A stretch of 64,000 nucleotides of DNA. It comes from Camelus dromedarius (taxonomy: Eukaryota). Both the position numbers and the translations under genes were made by a program. Below, one piece after another: positions 40,153 to 52,640 of this stretch. Each line of letters starts with the position of its first letter. The stretch's first letter is position 1. The notes under the pieces are model-generated. The model did not search any database. It was given only the letters and a program-made list of their open reading frames with translations, and had not been told where the DNA came from. The stretch is taken from NCBI RefSeq assembly GCF_036321535.1, contig NC_087437.1, forward strand, positions 59,894,001-59,958,000. Reading direction: 5' to 3'.

Positions 40153-42029
40153 CTAAAATTAAATAAAAGGATTTTTTAAATGAAGTTGTACAATATAAAG
40201 ATTCATAAGCTAAAGAATTATATAAGGAGCTAAGACATGTACTAATATAATTTTTTCTTTTACTGCTGAAACAAAAGGGTTTTTAGTTTATCAGACCTAG
40301 CAATCTGAGATATAAAAATAACCATATTTTAGTTTATACAATTCTCATGAAAGAAGACAATAAAAGATTTCTAACAAGAGCATTTCAGCTCTGTTTAAGC
40401 AGGTTCCTTGCAGCACCTCCAGGAGCTTACTTCTTCCAGACTCCAGAGAATTCCTGGCTTCTAAAGCAACCTGTCAAACTTTAACTGCCAACTGCTAAAA
40501 TAATTGCTTCTGTAGTATGGAAGCAATAGCCTGTCATAAGTTCATTCTGGTTCACTCTGAGGTATAGCAGTTCCAGACATATAAATAGTATGTATTCTCT
40601 ATATATACTGGGAATATATTTGACACACAGACATTAAAACAAATGGCCATTAAGTTATTAAGATTTTCCCATGGTTACCATGTTGATTGTACGTTCTTTT
40701 CAGGATTATTTATCTCGGCAGCAGGAAGAAATGTAGCACTGGATTAAGAAAACAAGAGTTTCCTCTCAAATGTTGCTTTTGGTGACCCTCTCCTACTCTG
40801 TACTTCTTACCTGTCCTCAGGCCACCAAATACTCACTACCTTCCCAGACTTCTATCACCCTCTTCCAAGATGCTCTCTCTGGCTATTACAGCGTCTGATA
40901 GAGGTTTTTCCTATCTTCAAAGTACCACAATTCCCTTCCATTTCCTTTCTCAACCACTGTGTAAATTAATAATAGCAAAAGAAGTCTCCCTTTGGTATTT
41001 GGACTTTTCAGAGAGGATGGGTATTTCAAAATTTTTTTTCAAAAAAAACTTTTAAGTGAAACTTAAGTCCTCATACAAAACAAAATGAGAAAATTTAGAT
41101 AATGTGGGACCAGATATTTCTAAGGAAGAGAGGCCATTACTATAAGAATTGCTTGGGAAGCTGCAGCCAGGGTTCATTTCTCTATACCATTCCTATCTTT
41201 TCTTTAACAACTTATTTTTTCTAGTTGTAAATCTATAATGATTTAACGGTTCTAAGGTTTTCTACAATAGCCTCCACAATAACAAAAACCCCTCCAGCGA
41301 GGAAAAGAAGCTGAGTACAGAGAAAATACGTTTTGCTGTTTTGTTTTGCTTTGTTTTGTTTTTAACTTTTCAGGGGTCAGAGAGGGGTGACATGTGTCAA
41401 GTGAAGAATTCTCAGTGGGAGCTCAGGAGTTCAAGACAGTCAAGGGAGTTTCTCTTTGTAAATGACTGACATTCAGCAGTGTGGATGGAACTGTCTCTAC
41501 TCGTACAACAGAGGATCAACAACCCTGGGTTTCACTCAGCCCAGAACAGAATGAATAAGTGATCCATACAACATATGTTTGAGATTTCCTAAGTAACAAT
41601 GAAGTGTAGGCAACAATCACATTCCTAGATTCCAAGTATAACAAACAACTTTGATCTAAGATGAAAATCAAATTAAGACCTCAAGATTCTTTCTTTAATA
41701 GATCATATTAAATTATATCCAAACATCCAAAAACAAGTATTTTTATCTCAAAATAGAGTACTCATGTGACTAATTCTTTGGAAAAAAAAAAAAAAAAAAG
41801 CACAAACAGGTCCCTAAATACCACTGCCCAAAGGCAATGCAACTGCAAAAGTTACTAACATCAACGCAGTTGGCTTCCCTGTTTACAATCCTCTAATTCT
41901 TGAGGTAGTAGTATAATTGCCTGTTACTGTACCAACCCAACCCAACTTCCACCCCAGTATTGTACTAAGAGTTAAAGATTCCATTTTAGAAAAGTCAATG
42001 GTTTTCTGTTCCTACTGGTCAGGCAGTAT

Positions 42030-42215
42030 AAGAGAAGTAGCTAAGCACATGGGTTACTGAGCCAGAATTCTTGGGTTCAAATCCCAGCTCCACCACTTAC
42101 TAGTTTCTCAAATTATCTGTAGTTGGCTTCCTTGTAAAATGAGGCCAATAATAATAAACCTTTATAGAGTTGAGGTGAGAACCAAATAAGTTCATGTATG
42201 TAAAGTGCTTAATAT
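42030..42215 (+). mobile_element. MIR
   Basis: TGGGTTCAAATCCCAGCTCCACCACTTACTAG...TGTAAAATGAGG..ATAATAATA...TGTAAAGTGCTTA. Confidence 0.75.
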
Positions 42216-42357
42216 ATTTAATGTAGTTAGAGAAGCACACAGCCCATAGTAAATAACCAAGTTTAAATTTCAGGTCTACACATGAAACTCTATGTTAAAA
42301 CCATATACAAGTAATATATTTTATGAGAAATAATCAGATGGAAAAAAAAACACTTAC

Positions 42358-42468
42358 AAAGTCACTATATCAGCATTGGCTGCTTCCACAGCTATACTCA
42401 AAGGGTCTTTCCCTTCTTCATCAGTGGCATGTTGATTGGCACCTCGTTTTAGGAATAAACACACCTGC
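42358..42468 (-). CDS. ACAP2: ACAP2 exon (ankyrin) QVCLFLKRGANQHATDEEGKDPLSIAVEAANADIVTL
   Basis: 111 nt, acAG|GCAG...TT|GTAAG; phases 2/2. Confidence 0.96.
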
Positions 42469-43776
42469 CTGTTTAAGGAAACAGCATTTTTGAGATATTG
42501 TCAATAAGGAAAAAAAAAGTTGGTATTCACCTTAAAAAAAAAACTACTTAAGTAACATTTTCATTAGGAAATTCTTGACTGATTTGACAAAGATTTACTG
42601 AATATTGACTCTAATAATAAAAATTTATCATGATCAGCATTTTATAAATCTCAAGGTATTTTCATATTTAACCTGTAATATATAACTCAGTGGGATGTAT
42701 AAATTATGGTCTCTATCATCAAAGAATATCATAAAAAGATGTACAGAGATAGGTATAAGCTTAAATAAAACAAAAATCACTCAAGGCCATTATCTGGGAA
42801 AGAAGGAAGCCAAGGCAATGTTATCATAATATGTTAATGATAATTACAATAGCAATAGAGTGGGCAATAATCTTGCCACTGTATTCCACAAATATTAATA
42901 ACAAAGAAATTGACAAAAATGAAAAAATGAAGGCATAAATTAAGAGGCTGTGAAGTAAAATGGGGAATAACTATGATTGTTTAAGAAGAAAATACAAAGG
43001 ATGAGTTAAATAGAACCACTTTTAAGGTAAAGTTATTGAGCTGAATCTCTTTGCTAATAAAGCGAAAGAAAACAGCCTATGATAAAAATAGAAGATACTA
43101 TAAATAAACTGAAAAAAGGACAGCTTCTTGCTTGTCCAGGTAATAAGTCTTGGAGATCCTGAGATGTTTTATTGAGAAACAATCATCTATGACACAAACT
43201 TTTCACATAAGGCCAACATTTTTACTTTATTTGTATTCTCTAGTAGAAAGCCTATTTTTATTGTTTTATTTTTCTGTGAATCTAAATATTGCTTCAGAAG
43301 CCACAGCATCAATAGCACAGAATAAGAATTTACTTTAGAATCTGACTTTAACTACCCTGTGGAAAAACTAAAATTTACAAAGTTACAAAATTCTCCCAAA
43401 ATGTGTGTGCTATGTACATAATGTATGTGTGTATATCCATAAATGCATGCGGGCATGCACACACACACACACAGACTTACGTTGTCTCATAAAATCGCAA
43501 CAATTTCAGTAACAGTTTTAAATACTGAAACAGATCTATATAAATATTAGTAAAATTGAAAGTAAGTTTTGTAATTTTCTTGTCTGAAAAGTAACAGTAT
43601 CTTTTTCATGAATGAAATTTTTAAAATTTCAAGTTCCATCATGACAATATAAGTCAGAGGAAAGTATCACTTTACAAACTCTACCTAAAATTCTTAACCT
43701 GAGAAAAAGCAAAACATTATTTTAAAATAGTTTTTTTCAAACAAAATACACTCAAATATGTAGCACTATAGTTTAC

Positions 43777-43886
43777 CCCGTGTGCCCTAAGACGGTGGCA
43801 TGGTGCAGTGGTCCCCGCCCTTGCACATCTCTTTGATTCACATTAGCACCATTCTGAAGGAGAAACTCGCATGTCACCAAAGAGCC
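43777..43886 (-). CDS. ACAP2: ACAP2 exon (ankyrin) GSLVTCEFLLQNGANVNQRDVQGRGPLHHATVLGHTG
   Basis: 110 nt; ankyrin consensus; acceptor ctaAG, donor GG|GTAAAC; phases 0/2. Confidence 0.95.
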
Positions 43887-44304
43887 CTTAGAGGAAAAAA
43901 GAAAATAAAATGTACAAAAAGCAAACAACAATATATTTCTATTAAAAATAGAGTATTTACTTTACTCAAAAGCCTTTTTAATACATTCTCCTCAAAAGAA
44001 AAAAATGTTCTCCTAGCAAAAGCAAAGAAATGATAAATTATGTTATTTTCTTCCCAAGAACTACTTCTAACTGGGGTTCAATGTGCACTCTGTGACCTAG
44101 CAAAACACACTACTTTCATTACTAGAATTCTCTTCCATTAAGAAAAAAATTGAGCTTACACAAAGCAATATTCAGAAACCACTACTAGCTGCTGCTTCTA
44201 TTTTCCAACCCATCTCTTAAAGCAAAAGATAATGCTAAAGCTATGTTCAGAATAAATTTTATTTTTTTATGTTTTACTGAAAACCTCAATTTACAAATTC
44301 ATAC

Positions 44305-44492
44305 CCCTAATACAGCCTGGATAAGCGGTGTTCCTTTATTTTCCTCGGAATTTGCCCAATTCACGTCTGCACCATGAGCCAAAGCCTCAGCCATTTTAGG
44401 AAGATTCTTCTCATAGGAAGCCCTGTAAAGCTGGAGTCCTGGATTAAGATGTTTAGAGTCGAGAAACATAGAAGAATCTTGCCTTTCTCCTT
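44305..44492 (-). CDS. ACAP2: ACAP2 exon (start of ankyrin region) EGERQDSSMFLDSKHLNPGLQLYRASYEK...TPLIQAVLG
   Basis: 188 nt, tttcAG|AAG...GGG|GTATG; phases 1/0; NAGNAG acceptor. Confidence 0.95.
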
Positions 44493-44529
44493 CTGAAAAG
44501 CAAACACAAATACGTCAAGAAAAATGAGC

Positions 44530-44732
44530 TCTTGGCAGGGATGGAAAAAAATGAGAAGTTACTGTTTCACAGGTACAGAATTTCAGTTTTGTAAGATGAA
44601 GAATTCTGGGGATGGACGATGGTGATGGCAGTGCAACAGTGTAAACAGACTTAATGTCACTGAACTGTACACCTGAAAATGGTTAAGATGATAAATTTTA
44701 TGTTATATGTATCTTACCACAACTTTTAAAAA
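44530..44732 (+). mobile_element. L1MB-like 3' end
   Basis: GGTACAGAATTTCAGTTTTG...CACTGAACTGTACACCTGAAAATGGTTAAGATG...TTACCACAA plus A tail. Confidence 0.8.
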
Positions 44733-45564
44733 CATAAACTCTGACTTGTATTACAATGTGAAAGCTATGACATAAGAAACCACTAATTTAACAAATGAGC
44801 TAATGGGAGATATTCACAAAGGTATCTTATTTCCGATAGACTAGTCACTCTCCAAACAGTTAACCTTCTTCTCTTATAAAGACTGATTGGTATACCAGGC
44901 CTTTGTGGTCTTGCCAGTATAGAATGAGTAGGTAAATTACTCTGTATTAGATTAAAATTAGGTATGTTCCTAAAAGCCTTAAAGTCTTAAAGACTCAGAA
45001 GAGGCAGTAAGAATCACTAAAGAATTTTACTACTAGACCAAACCTTACTTTATTCCTAGGATGGCCCGATACCATCACAATTTGCAGCACAAGCAGTTCA
45101 AATAATTTAAAGAATGCTTACTACCCTGAGTATTTGCAAGACCAAAACCACTGAAATCATAAAGGAGAGAATATAGGAGGAAAGCACAGGTCAGAAGGAA
45201 AACCTAATGGTGGGGCAGGGGCTGGGGTGTGGGGGGGATTTGCTGATCTCCTTCTCCTGAAAGACAGCCAAACAAACAAGATAATGGCAATAAGATCTAC
45301 AGTTCATGTGGATTAAAAAGTATCCTAACTATTGACAAGTTACTTGTAGCACATATTATGAGACTTAGAAGAATGCACAGCTAGGAGAGAACTTCCAAAT
45401 AAGAAAAGAAATAGCTGCTTTCTCACTTGGCAGTATTAATTGGCCCTTAGGACCTTCTAAAAGACTAACCATTTCCTTAGATACTACGTAATCAAACCTG
45501 GAATTTACCACACGCATTTTTCAGCAAACAATACCAATTAACACTGGATTTCACCAAAACTCAC

Positions 45565-45657
45565 CAGGCTCATATAAACTATTGGCTGACACTGTGGAGG
45601 GTAAAGATTCTCTTCCATCATCAGAGCTCTGCTGGATTCCACTGTCATTACTTCTGA
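45565..45657 (-). CDS. ACAP2: ACAP2 exon VRSNDSGIQQSSDDGRESLPSTVSANSLYEP
   Basis: 93 nt, acAG|TC...CCTG|GTGAG; phases 1/1. Confidence 0.95.
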
Positions 45658-46042
45658 CTGTTTTAAAGAAAAATTAGCTAGTGATTAAAGTTCACACATT
45701 GAGAAAACAGTCTCCCACAAACAATGAGGTTTTAAAATGAGCTCTGATACATCTACATAAACTCAGCCACCACCAGTGAATAAATTTAGCACAACTGTAA
45801 TCCTTTGGAACATTTTGCTTATTGAAATATGAATCAATCACAAAGCCTGAAAATAAACTTATTTTCAGAGTTGTAACATATCTCATTACCCCATGAGTGT
45901 CAGGGACAGTAAAGAGCTGAATTTACTATATGACTGTTAGTAATGTGTAATTCTGAGACAATGGGTAACATCTAGAGAAATGGCCACACCGCACAATGAC
46001 CACCGGCACAGACTTGGGATGCTCCACAAGAGTAGTACTTAC

Positions 46043-46147
46043 TACTACGTAGTTTTGAAGAAGTATCAAAGTAGGAGAAGAGTGAATCTAGCTCATCAGG
46101 ACAGAAGAGAGACTCCCGCCTGGCCTCGTCGCTATTTACAGCAACCA
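46043..46147 (-). CDS. ACAP2: ACAP2 alternative cassette exon VVAVNSDEARRESLFCPDELDSLFSYFDTSSKLRS
   Basis: 105 nt, frame-preserving (1/1). Branch-like GCTAAC, then cctcAG|TG...AGTA|GTAAGT. The peptide resembles the ACAP3 segment DSLFCPDELDSLFSYFD as I recall it. Confidence 0.85.
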
Positions 46148-46354
46148 CTGAGGACATGCAAGTTAGCAAAGCACAAAGCAGGCCGTAAGAAGGGAAAAGG
46201 GCAGGAAAAACATTACTGGGAAAAATTTAGGAGGAAAAAATAGGAAGGATATTAGGTGGTTAATCAGATATTTAGGGCTTTTTGCATGAAAGATTTGTAA
46301 CTCCCATCTCCCCTTGCATTCTGAGCAGTTCTGTTCCTTAGAATATACACACTA

Positions 46355-46592
46355 CAATTGACCCTTGAACAACACAAGTTTAAACTAGGTAGGTCCACCT
46401 ATAGTCGGATTTTTTCAGTAGTAAATATTACAAAACCACGTGATCCAGGGTTGGCTTAATCCATGGGTGCAGAACTGAGGATACAGAGAAACTGCCGAGC
46501 AGATGTGGAGGAACTGACTACAAATTATATGTGGAGTTTTGACTGAGCAGAGAGTTGGCGCCCTAATCCCCGAGTTGTTCAAGGGTCAACTG
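46355..46592 (+). mobile_element. Non-autonomous Tigger2/MER8-type DNA transposon (TcMar)
   Basis: Terminal inverted repeats CA(A/G)TTGACCCTTGAACAAC, TA target duplication on both sides, 238 bp. Confidence 0.9.
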
Positions 46593-46780
46593 TATCTAGA
46601 AATATGAATTACCAAGACATTATTTAAATTTAACTGCTTTAAAGATAACTGTTTCCTTAGGGTATATAGAAGGAAATAGGTTCTTAACATTTAAAAAATC
46701 TGTAACAGGTACTAATTCAGAGATTAAGAAAGTGACTTCAGCTCAAGAACATATTTATATAGACAAATCAACTGTAATAC

Positions 46781-46965
46781 CTGAACTTTGGGGAAATGCT
46801 CTGACTTGTTCACTTGGTCCAAGTTTAGAAATGCTCAATCTCTTTTCTTCATAACTTTTGGAGTCAATCTTTTTTCCCTGCTCAGGAGGTGATGATGATA
46901 TAGAATATTTATCCACAAATTTCCTCTCCACATATTTTGCTCTGATATACGCCTCTTTCTCCTGT
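46781..46965 (-). CDS. ACAP2: ACAP2 exon QEKEAYIRAKYVERKFVDKYS...VRAFPQSS
   Basis: 185 nt, within ORF 46755..46991; AG/GT flanks; phases 2/1. Confidence 0.95.
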
Positions 46966-48337
46966 CTGATTGGTATACATAAAAATGTCATGATGTTCTG
47001 CTTAATCTCTTAGCATGGCTAATACTAAAAAGAAGCCATTACATATTGAATATTGCAAAGGAAGTCACTAAATGTAATACTAGTTAAAGCTGAAATTGTA
47101 ATATTATGCAACATGTTTTCCTTCCAAATATTTAATGAACTATGATTTCATGTTTAAGTGAAATACAAATAAACTAACTGAAGAATCCTAAGTATTAACA
47201 TGGCACTCTCATATTCTCTTAATTTCTATGCTCACTCATTTCTATTCATATTCCCTTGTGCTTTTTACAGAATGAAAAACATTACCAAGAAACTACTCAA
47301 GTTCATAGAAATCAACTTTAATTCCATTTTTACTCCAATAAATGTCACATACTGAACTATCACTATTCATAACCATTATTTTTTGTAAGACAATATTTTA
47401 AAACAGCATACATAGCATTTCTAACTTAAGGGGGACCAAAAAAGGTATCACATTTTAAACTTCTGTTTTATGATACAATCATAAAATCCCAAGTTTGTTC
47501 TGTACCTTTTCTTACTTACATTCTTTTAAAAAAGCTTAGGTCTTTGGCTAACAAAGGATAACTCAAGGTCTAAAATAACTCAAACAGCCACGCTTTAGCC
47601 AAAAAAATAAGAATCTGATTTAAGTGGTGTTGGTTTAGAAAGCAATGACTTTTAAAAAGTATTAATTATACATAAAGATATAGTCAAACATAGGATTACA
47701 GCAGGTAAAATTTTAATACCTAATATAAAAAAGCATAAATTCTAAAAACAACAACAATAAAAACTAATTGTCTACCTTTGAAGACACTCTTAGCCACTTC
47801 GTTCAATAAGTCTCCATACGTAGAATTGAAAGTAAAATTTCAAACAGAGCAATTAAGTGTTAAGTGCTCTCTCCTACCAGAAGCTACCCTTTTCACCTTT
47901 AACTCTTCAATATAATAATGTCATGTATGAAACATGTGATTAACAAATATTTGCTGAACTAAGTCAAACAATGTGAAATTATTCATTGTAAGTAATAAAA
48001 ACTTGATCCTTAGAAACATTATCTCTTTAAGGGCCTGCCAATAACAGAACTTTGTTCTACTTCAACTGCTAAGAGTTTTTACATCCCTATATAGAGCCTT
48101 AATTTTTAAGATTCTCTCTTATCTGAAAACTATAACTAAGTTTATGATTAATAAAAAAAATGATTATCTAATTAATATACCCAAGAAAGAGACAGCCACA
48201 TTTTAACAGGTAGTAATGATCTCTTGTGAACAGTCTGTCTCAATGTTACATACCAATTATAGTGAAATAAAATCACAGCTATATTCCTGATTGGGGGAGA
48301 GGGGAAGGTAACACATTAACACAACTGAAATTAGTAC

Positions 48338-48429
48338 CTTTGTCCTGGTTGTGGTTTCTTTATTCCCATTTTTTCCACATTAGCTTCATAAACTCTATTT
48401 ATGACATCATTCCCCAACTCACACATAAG
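48338..48429 (-). CDS. ACAP2: ACAP2 exon (ArfGAP) LMCELGNDVINRVYEANVEKMGIKKPQPGQR
   Basis: 92 nt, acAG|CTT...CAAAG|GTACT; phases 0/2. Confidence 0.96.
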
Positions 48430-48656
48430 CTGTTTGGCAGAAAAACAGAAAATAAGTTATAAATTCCTAAAAGTAATATAAGTCCTTAAGCAAGCACAGC
48501 TACTTAATTCTTTTTGCATGTTCTGCTAATGCTCATTCCACAAAGATGTTTAAAGTTAAAACAAAATGAGACAAAAATTGCAAGCAATATCACCATTTTG
48601 CCATTCTACTAGAGCATCTTCCTAGAAGATTATCACTCCTCAAGAAAGGGTTTCTC

Positions 48657-48811
48657 AGGGGGACGGTATAGCTCAAGTGGTACAGTACATGCTTATCATG
48701 CATGAGGTCCTAGGTTCAATCCCTAGCACCTTTTTGAAAAATAAAAATAAATAAATAAACCTAATTACCTCCCCCACTAAAAAAATTTTAAAAATAAAAA
48801 AAAAAATTTTT
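48657..48811 (+). mobile_element. tRNA-derived SINE (camelid-type)
   Basis: A box TAGCTCAAGTGG, B box GGTTCAATCCC, tail ATAAATAAACCTAATTACCTCCCCC plus poly(A); TSD AAA(G/T)GGTTTCTC. Confidence 0.88.
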
Positions 48812-49968
48812 AAATGGTTTCTCTTCACCCATCTTTTACCAGATTTCTATCTCTCCATTATAGCTGGCACAAGGCTACATGTTATTCGCAACGTCTGCTA
48901 AAAAAAGAAGGCTAAGTCCAGACAGGTTCAGTTTTAAACAGCTGAGAACTGTAATAAACTATTTTCTCCTACTACTTTATTTACAAGTATTTCAAATTTT
49001 TTTTTAAGTTTCGATTTTTTTTAATGTATCAGACACTTGTATTTCAACTATTTTTCTAAATTGAATCCACTGAGTTCATATCTACACAAAGCTGGTGCAG
49101 AAATTAAATTTCTAACCCTCAACCCCCACTTTCTTCTCCTTTGAATTCATAACAATTTATAGAACTTATCTAAATAGGGGTCTACCACAGGATGCAATTT
49201 ATCACCTTCATTTAGATATTTACACAAAAATGCCCAAAATCAAAAGTTTTTATTTTACATAATTGACAGGATTATCAGTTTATCTATGGATTGGAATAAA
49301 AATACAAGCACATTACAAACACAATTTTCAGACAGAAATAAATGCAAAATATAGCACAACATTCAAACTAATTTTTTTTTGCAATATGGTAAACTAAATG
49401 GTGGGAATTTAAAGGAGTATACTGTTAACCATTATGAATTTCATAAATCTTATTAAAAAATCTCTGTGATCTAAAATTATGTATGACATTTTCATAGATA
49501 CGAATCCTTACACAGGGGAAAAGGATGTCTTGGTCTGATGACTACTATCACTGACAAATGTAAAGTTGCAAGTGGGCCTATGCTGAAAAAATGCAATCAT
49601 AACAATATGCTATACCAACCCATTGTGGAGCTCACTATAGCAGTATCTCATATTTTAACAAGAATTTATATAATTATAAAAGATTAAAATTAAGGCAAAA
49701 ATGTAAGATACTTTTAGAGAAAACACAAAAATATAAGTATGCTGGTTTCCTTAAAAAGTGAACTGACATGGATTAAGCTCCATAAGCTTAGCAATCTAAA
49801 AAAGACCAATATGAAAACACCAGATTTGCCAAAATAGTGTCAGATATATTCCAACACAATTTGATTCGTTATTAACACTGAGAAACTCATACATTTGTAA
49901 ACCAAGATTCTAAAATCTTGATTTTTATGAGAAAACATAAAATATTTTAAAGCAAATATTTATTTTAC

Positions 49969-50038
49969 CTTTAAAAGTTCAGGCTCCCAGGTATCTAAAG
50001 TTAAAGAGCGTACTTTTGAAAAATGAACTCCAAGACTC
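49969..50038 (-). CDS. ACAP2: ACAP2 exon (ArfGAP) SLGVHFSKVRSLTLDTWEPELLK
   Basis: 70 nt, cttAG|GAGT...AAG|GTAAA; phases 2/0. Confidence 0.96.
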
Positions 50039-50308
50039 CTAAGTGGGAAAAAAAAGACTGTATTAATATATAAAACTATCAAGTCTCTACTCTATTTGCA
50101 TATTATGCAAATTATTTTCCTCTTTTAATGTGACACAGCCTCTAATGTAGCCCTCAACACGTTAATAATAGGGACAGATTTTCTGGTTAATAATGAATGA
50201 TGAATCAAAGTACTCAAAAGCACTTCATAAACCAGAATTTTATCCACTTTACAAAGGTACAAAGACACAAACTAGCAGTCAAATTAGGCAAGTGGGAAAG
50301 GTCCTCTA

Positions 50309-50590
<282 letters not shown>

Positions 50591-51349
50591 CTAAAAGAAT
50601 TAAGAATTATTTTTTTAAAAAAGATTGCAATATACTAGTAATTCTATGTTGCACACTACATGCTCCAAACAAAAACTTCCAATCCATACACTGAAGTCCT
50701 ACTTTGAGCCTAAACCAGGCTGTTCCACGCATAATTACATAATTACAGAGTGAATCAACAATAGAATGCACAATGTCTAAAATCTTACGGGCTATTAGGA
50801 CGCCAGAAGAAAAGCAAAAGGTGGTAGATAAGCCAAAAGCTAATTTTTTTAAGTGCACAGCAATGTCTATATCAATAATGACCAAATACAAAGATGTAGT
50901 TTGGGGATCCTAGGCAATTAAAGATATGGCCTAAAAAACCTTCTGGTTTAAAAACATTTCAACCTTAACAAGCCAGTATTTTAGCACAGAATCAACAGAA
51001 ATACAATCTGGTGCTTGTCTGGCCCTTCCCGAAAACTCAACCTAATAGCTGTTAGGTGGGGCTCAGCAAAGAAAGTGTGGGGATATGGTATTCCAGAGAG
51101 GACTGAGCTGGGTGAGGAGCATATCCTCAAATGAGAGCAACCTCGTGGAGGTTGTTGCATCCCAAGCAGGGTAAGGAGGGTATCTGCACAAGAAGACAGC
51201 CCAACAAGAGAAGTGAGAGCCTGAGGATGCAAACGAAGGTATCAGGTGGGAGTGCCACCTAGTGTGAGGTGTCAGAGCCTGGGAGTGGAAAATGGCAACA
51301 GAGAAAGGATGTTGGTCACATACAGGGGACTGGACATATAAGTAAACCC

Positions 51350-52640
51350 ACTAAAAATAAATGGGAGCCAGATTTCTCACTGCAGAGAAAGGAGTTACTT
51401 ACATGGAAAAGGAGAGAATTAGAACAAACCTCAATTGTATTAGATTGGGACTGGAGATACAAAGAGGCACAATAATGGTTTCAATAAAAATAGATATATT
51501 AAGAAATACGGATGTAAATGTGTATATATACACATGCATATTCCCTTATTTTGGTTCCTAAAAATCATTCTCCACCAAAAACAACAAGGGCTCACTGAAG
51601 AAACTGCTGATTTCAAGGCTGGTGCAGAGAAAGTACAAGAAGATGAACTCAGAACATCTCGCCATACTAGAAAGTAAGGAAGAACTCAAAGATTGTTGAG
51701 AACATATCAAAAGGATACAGAAGCTGGGGCTCCTCTGGCCAAACTTGGACAATTTGAGCAACAAATAATGATAGTAATGAATTCTAATAAACTGAATAAA
51801 ATAGAGGCCTATACTGATATAATTAAAACTTTAAAATTTAAAGCTTGATCAGGAACAGAATATTTACACAGTCTCAAAGTACCTCCAAGCGTACATAAAA
51901 TACTATTTCAAAGATAGCTTTACAGTAGAGAAGTCCAGCAGACACCACCTTATCAAGTGATCAAAGTGAAGATCACCAATAATGGGACAAATCAAAGTCA
52001 TGTGCCACCTGAGAAGATGCAGTAAGAACACCACATCATTTATATAATACTCCTGCCAAAGACACATAACGTTGTGAGAAAACATCAAACAAACCCAGAA
52101 TGAGGGACATTCTACAAAAGTTTGTAACCTTTAAAGCAATCAAGGTCAAGAAGGTCAAAGTAAGACTGAGGGACTATTCCTGACTGAAGGAAACTGAAGA
52201 GTCATGACAACTAAAAGTGACCTGTGCTCCTTTTTTTTTTTTTTTTTTTTTTGGCTTGGGGGAGGTAGTTAGGTTTATTTATTTTTATTTATCTAAATGA
52301 AGTCACTGGGGATTGAACCCAGGACCTTGCACATGCTAAGCATGCACTCTACCACTGAGCTAATAAACAGTCTCCCCTGGACTAGATCTTTTTGCTGTAA
52401 AGAACATTACTGGGATGACTGTCAAAACAATGATATTTGAGAATTAAATGGTGTGATTTATCAATGCTTGTTTCTTTATTTTGATGACTATACTATGATT
52501 AAACAGCAGAATGTTCCAGTTGTGGGAAGCACTCACTAAATAATGGTGATGGAGCAGACATTAGCAACTTACTCTGAAACGGTTCAAGGAAAAAATTATT
52601 TGTACTATACTTAAAACTTTTGTGTAAGTTTGAGATTATT
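51350..52640 (+). mobile_element. L1MC/L1MD-like 3' UTR fragment interrupted by a SINE
   Basis: CAGACACCACCTTATCAAGTGATCAAAGT...AATGAGGGACATTCTACAAA...CATGACAACTAAA motifs; boundaries approximate. Confidence 0.65.
52231..52377 (-). mobile_element. tRNA-derived SINE (camelid-type), inserted in an older L1
   Basis: Reverse-complement copy of the same family with a 22-nt poly(T) and A/B boxes. Confidence 0.87.

Noticed and set aside
43400..43475. TG/CA alternating tract with GCATGC palindromes
   Set aside because: Ordinary short microsatellite; hairpin potential is weak and non-specific
48657..48732. tRNA-like sequence with A and B boxes (also at 55061, 52310 and 60280)
   Set aside because: Followed by SINE tails and poly(A), mostly with TSDs, and the stems are mismatched; SINE heads, not tRNA genes
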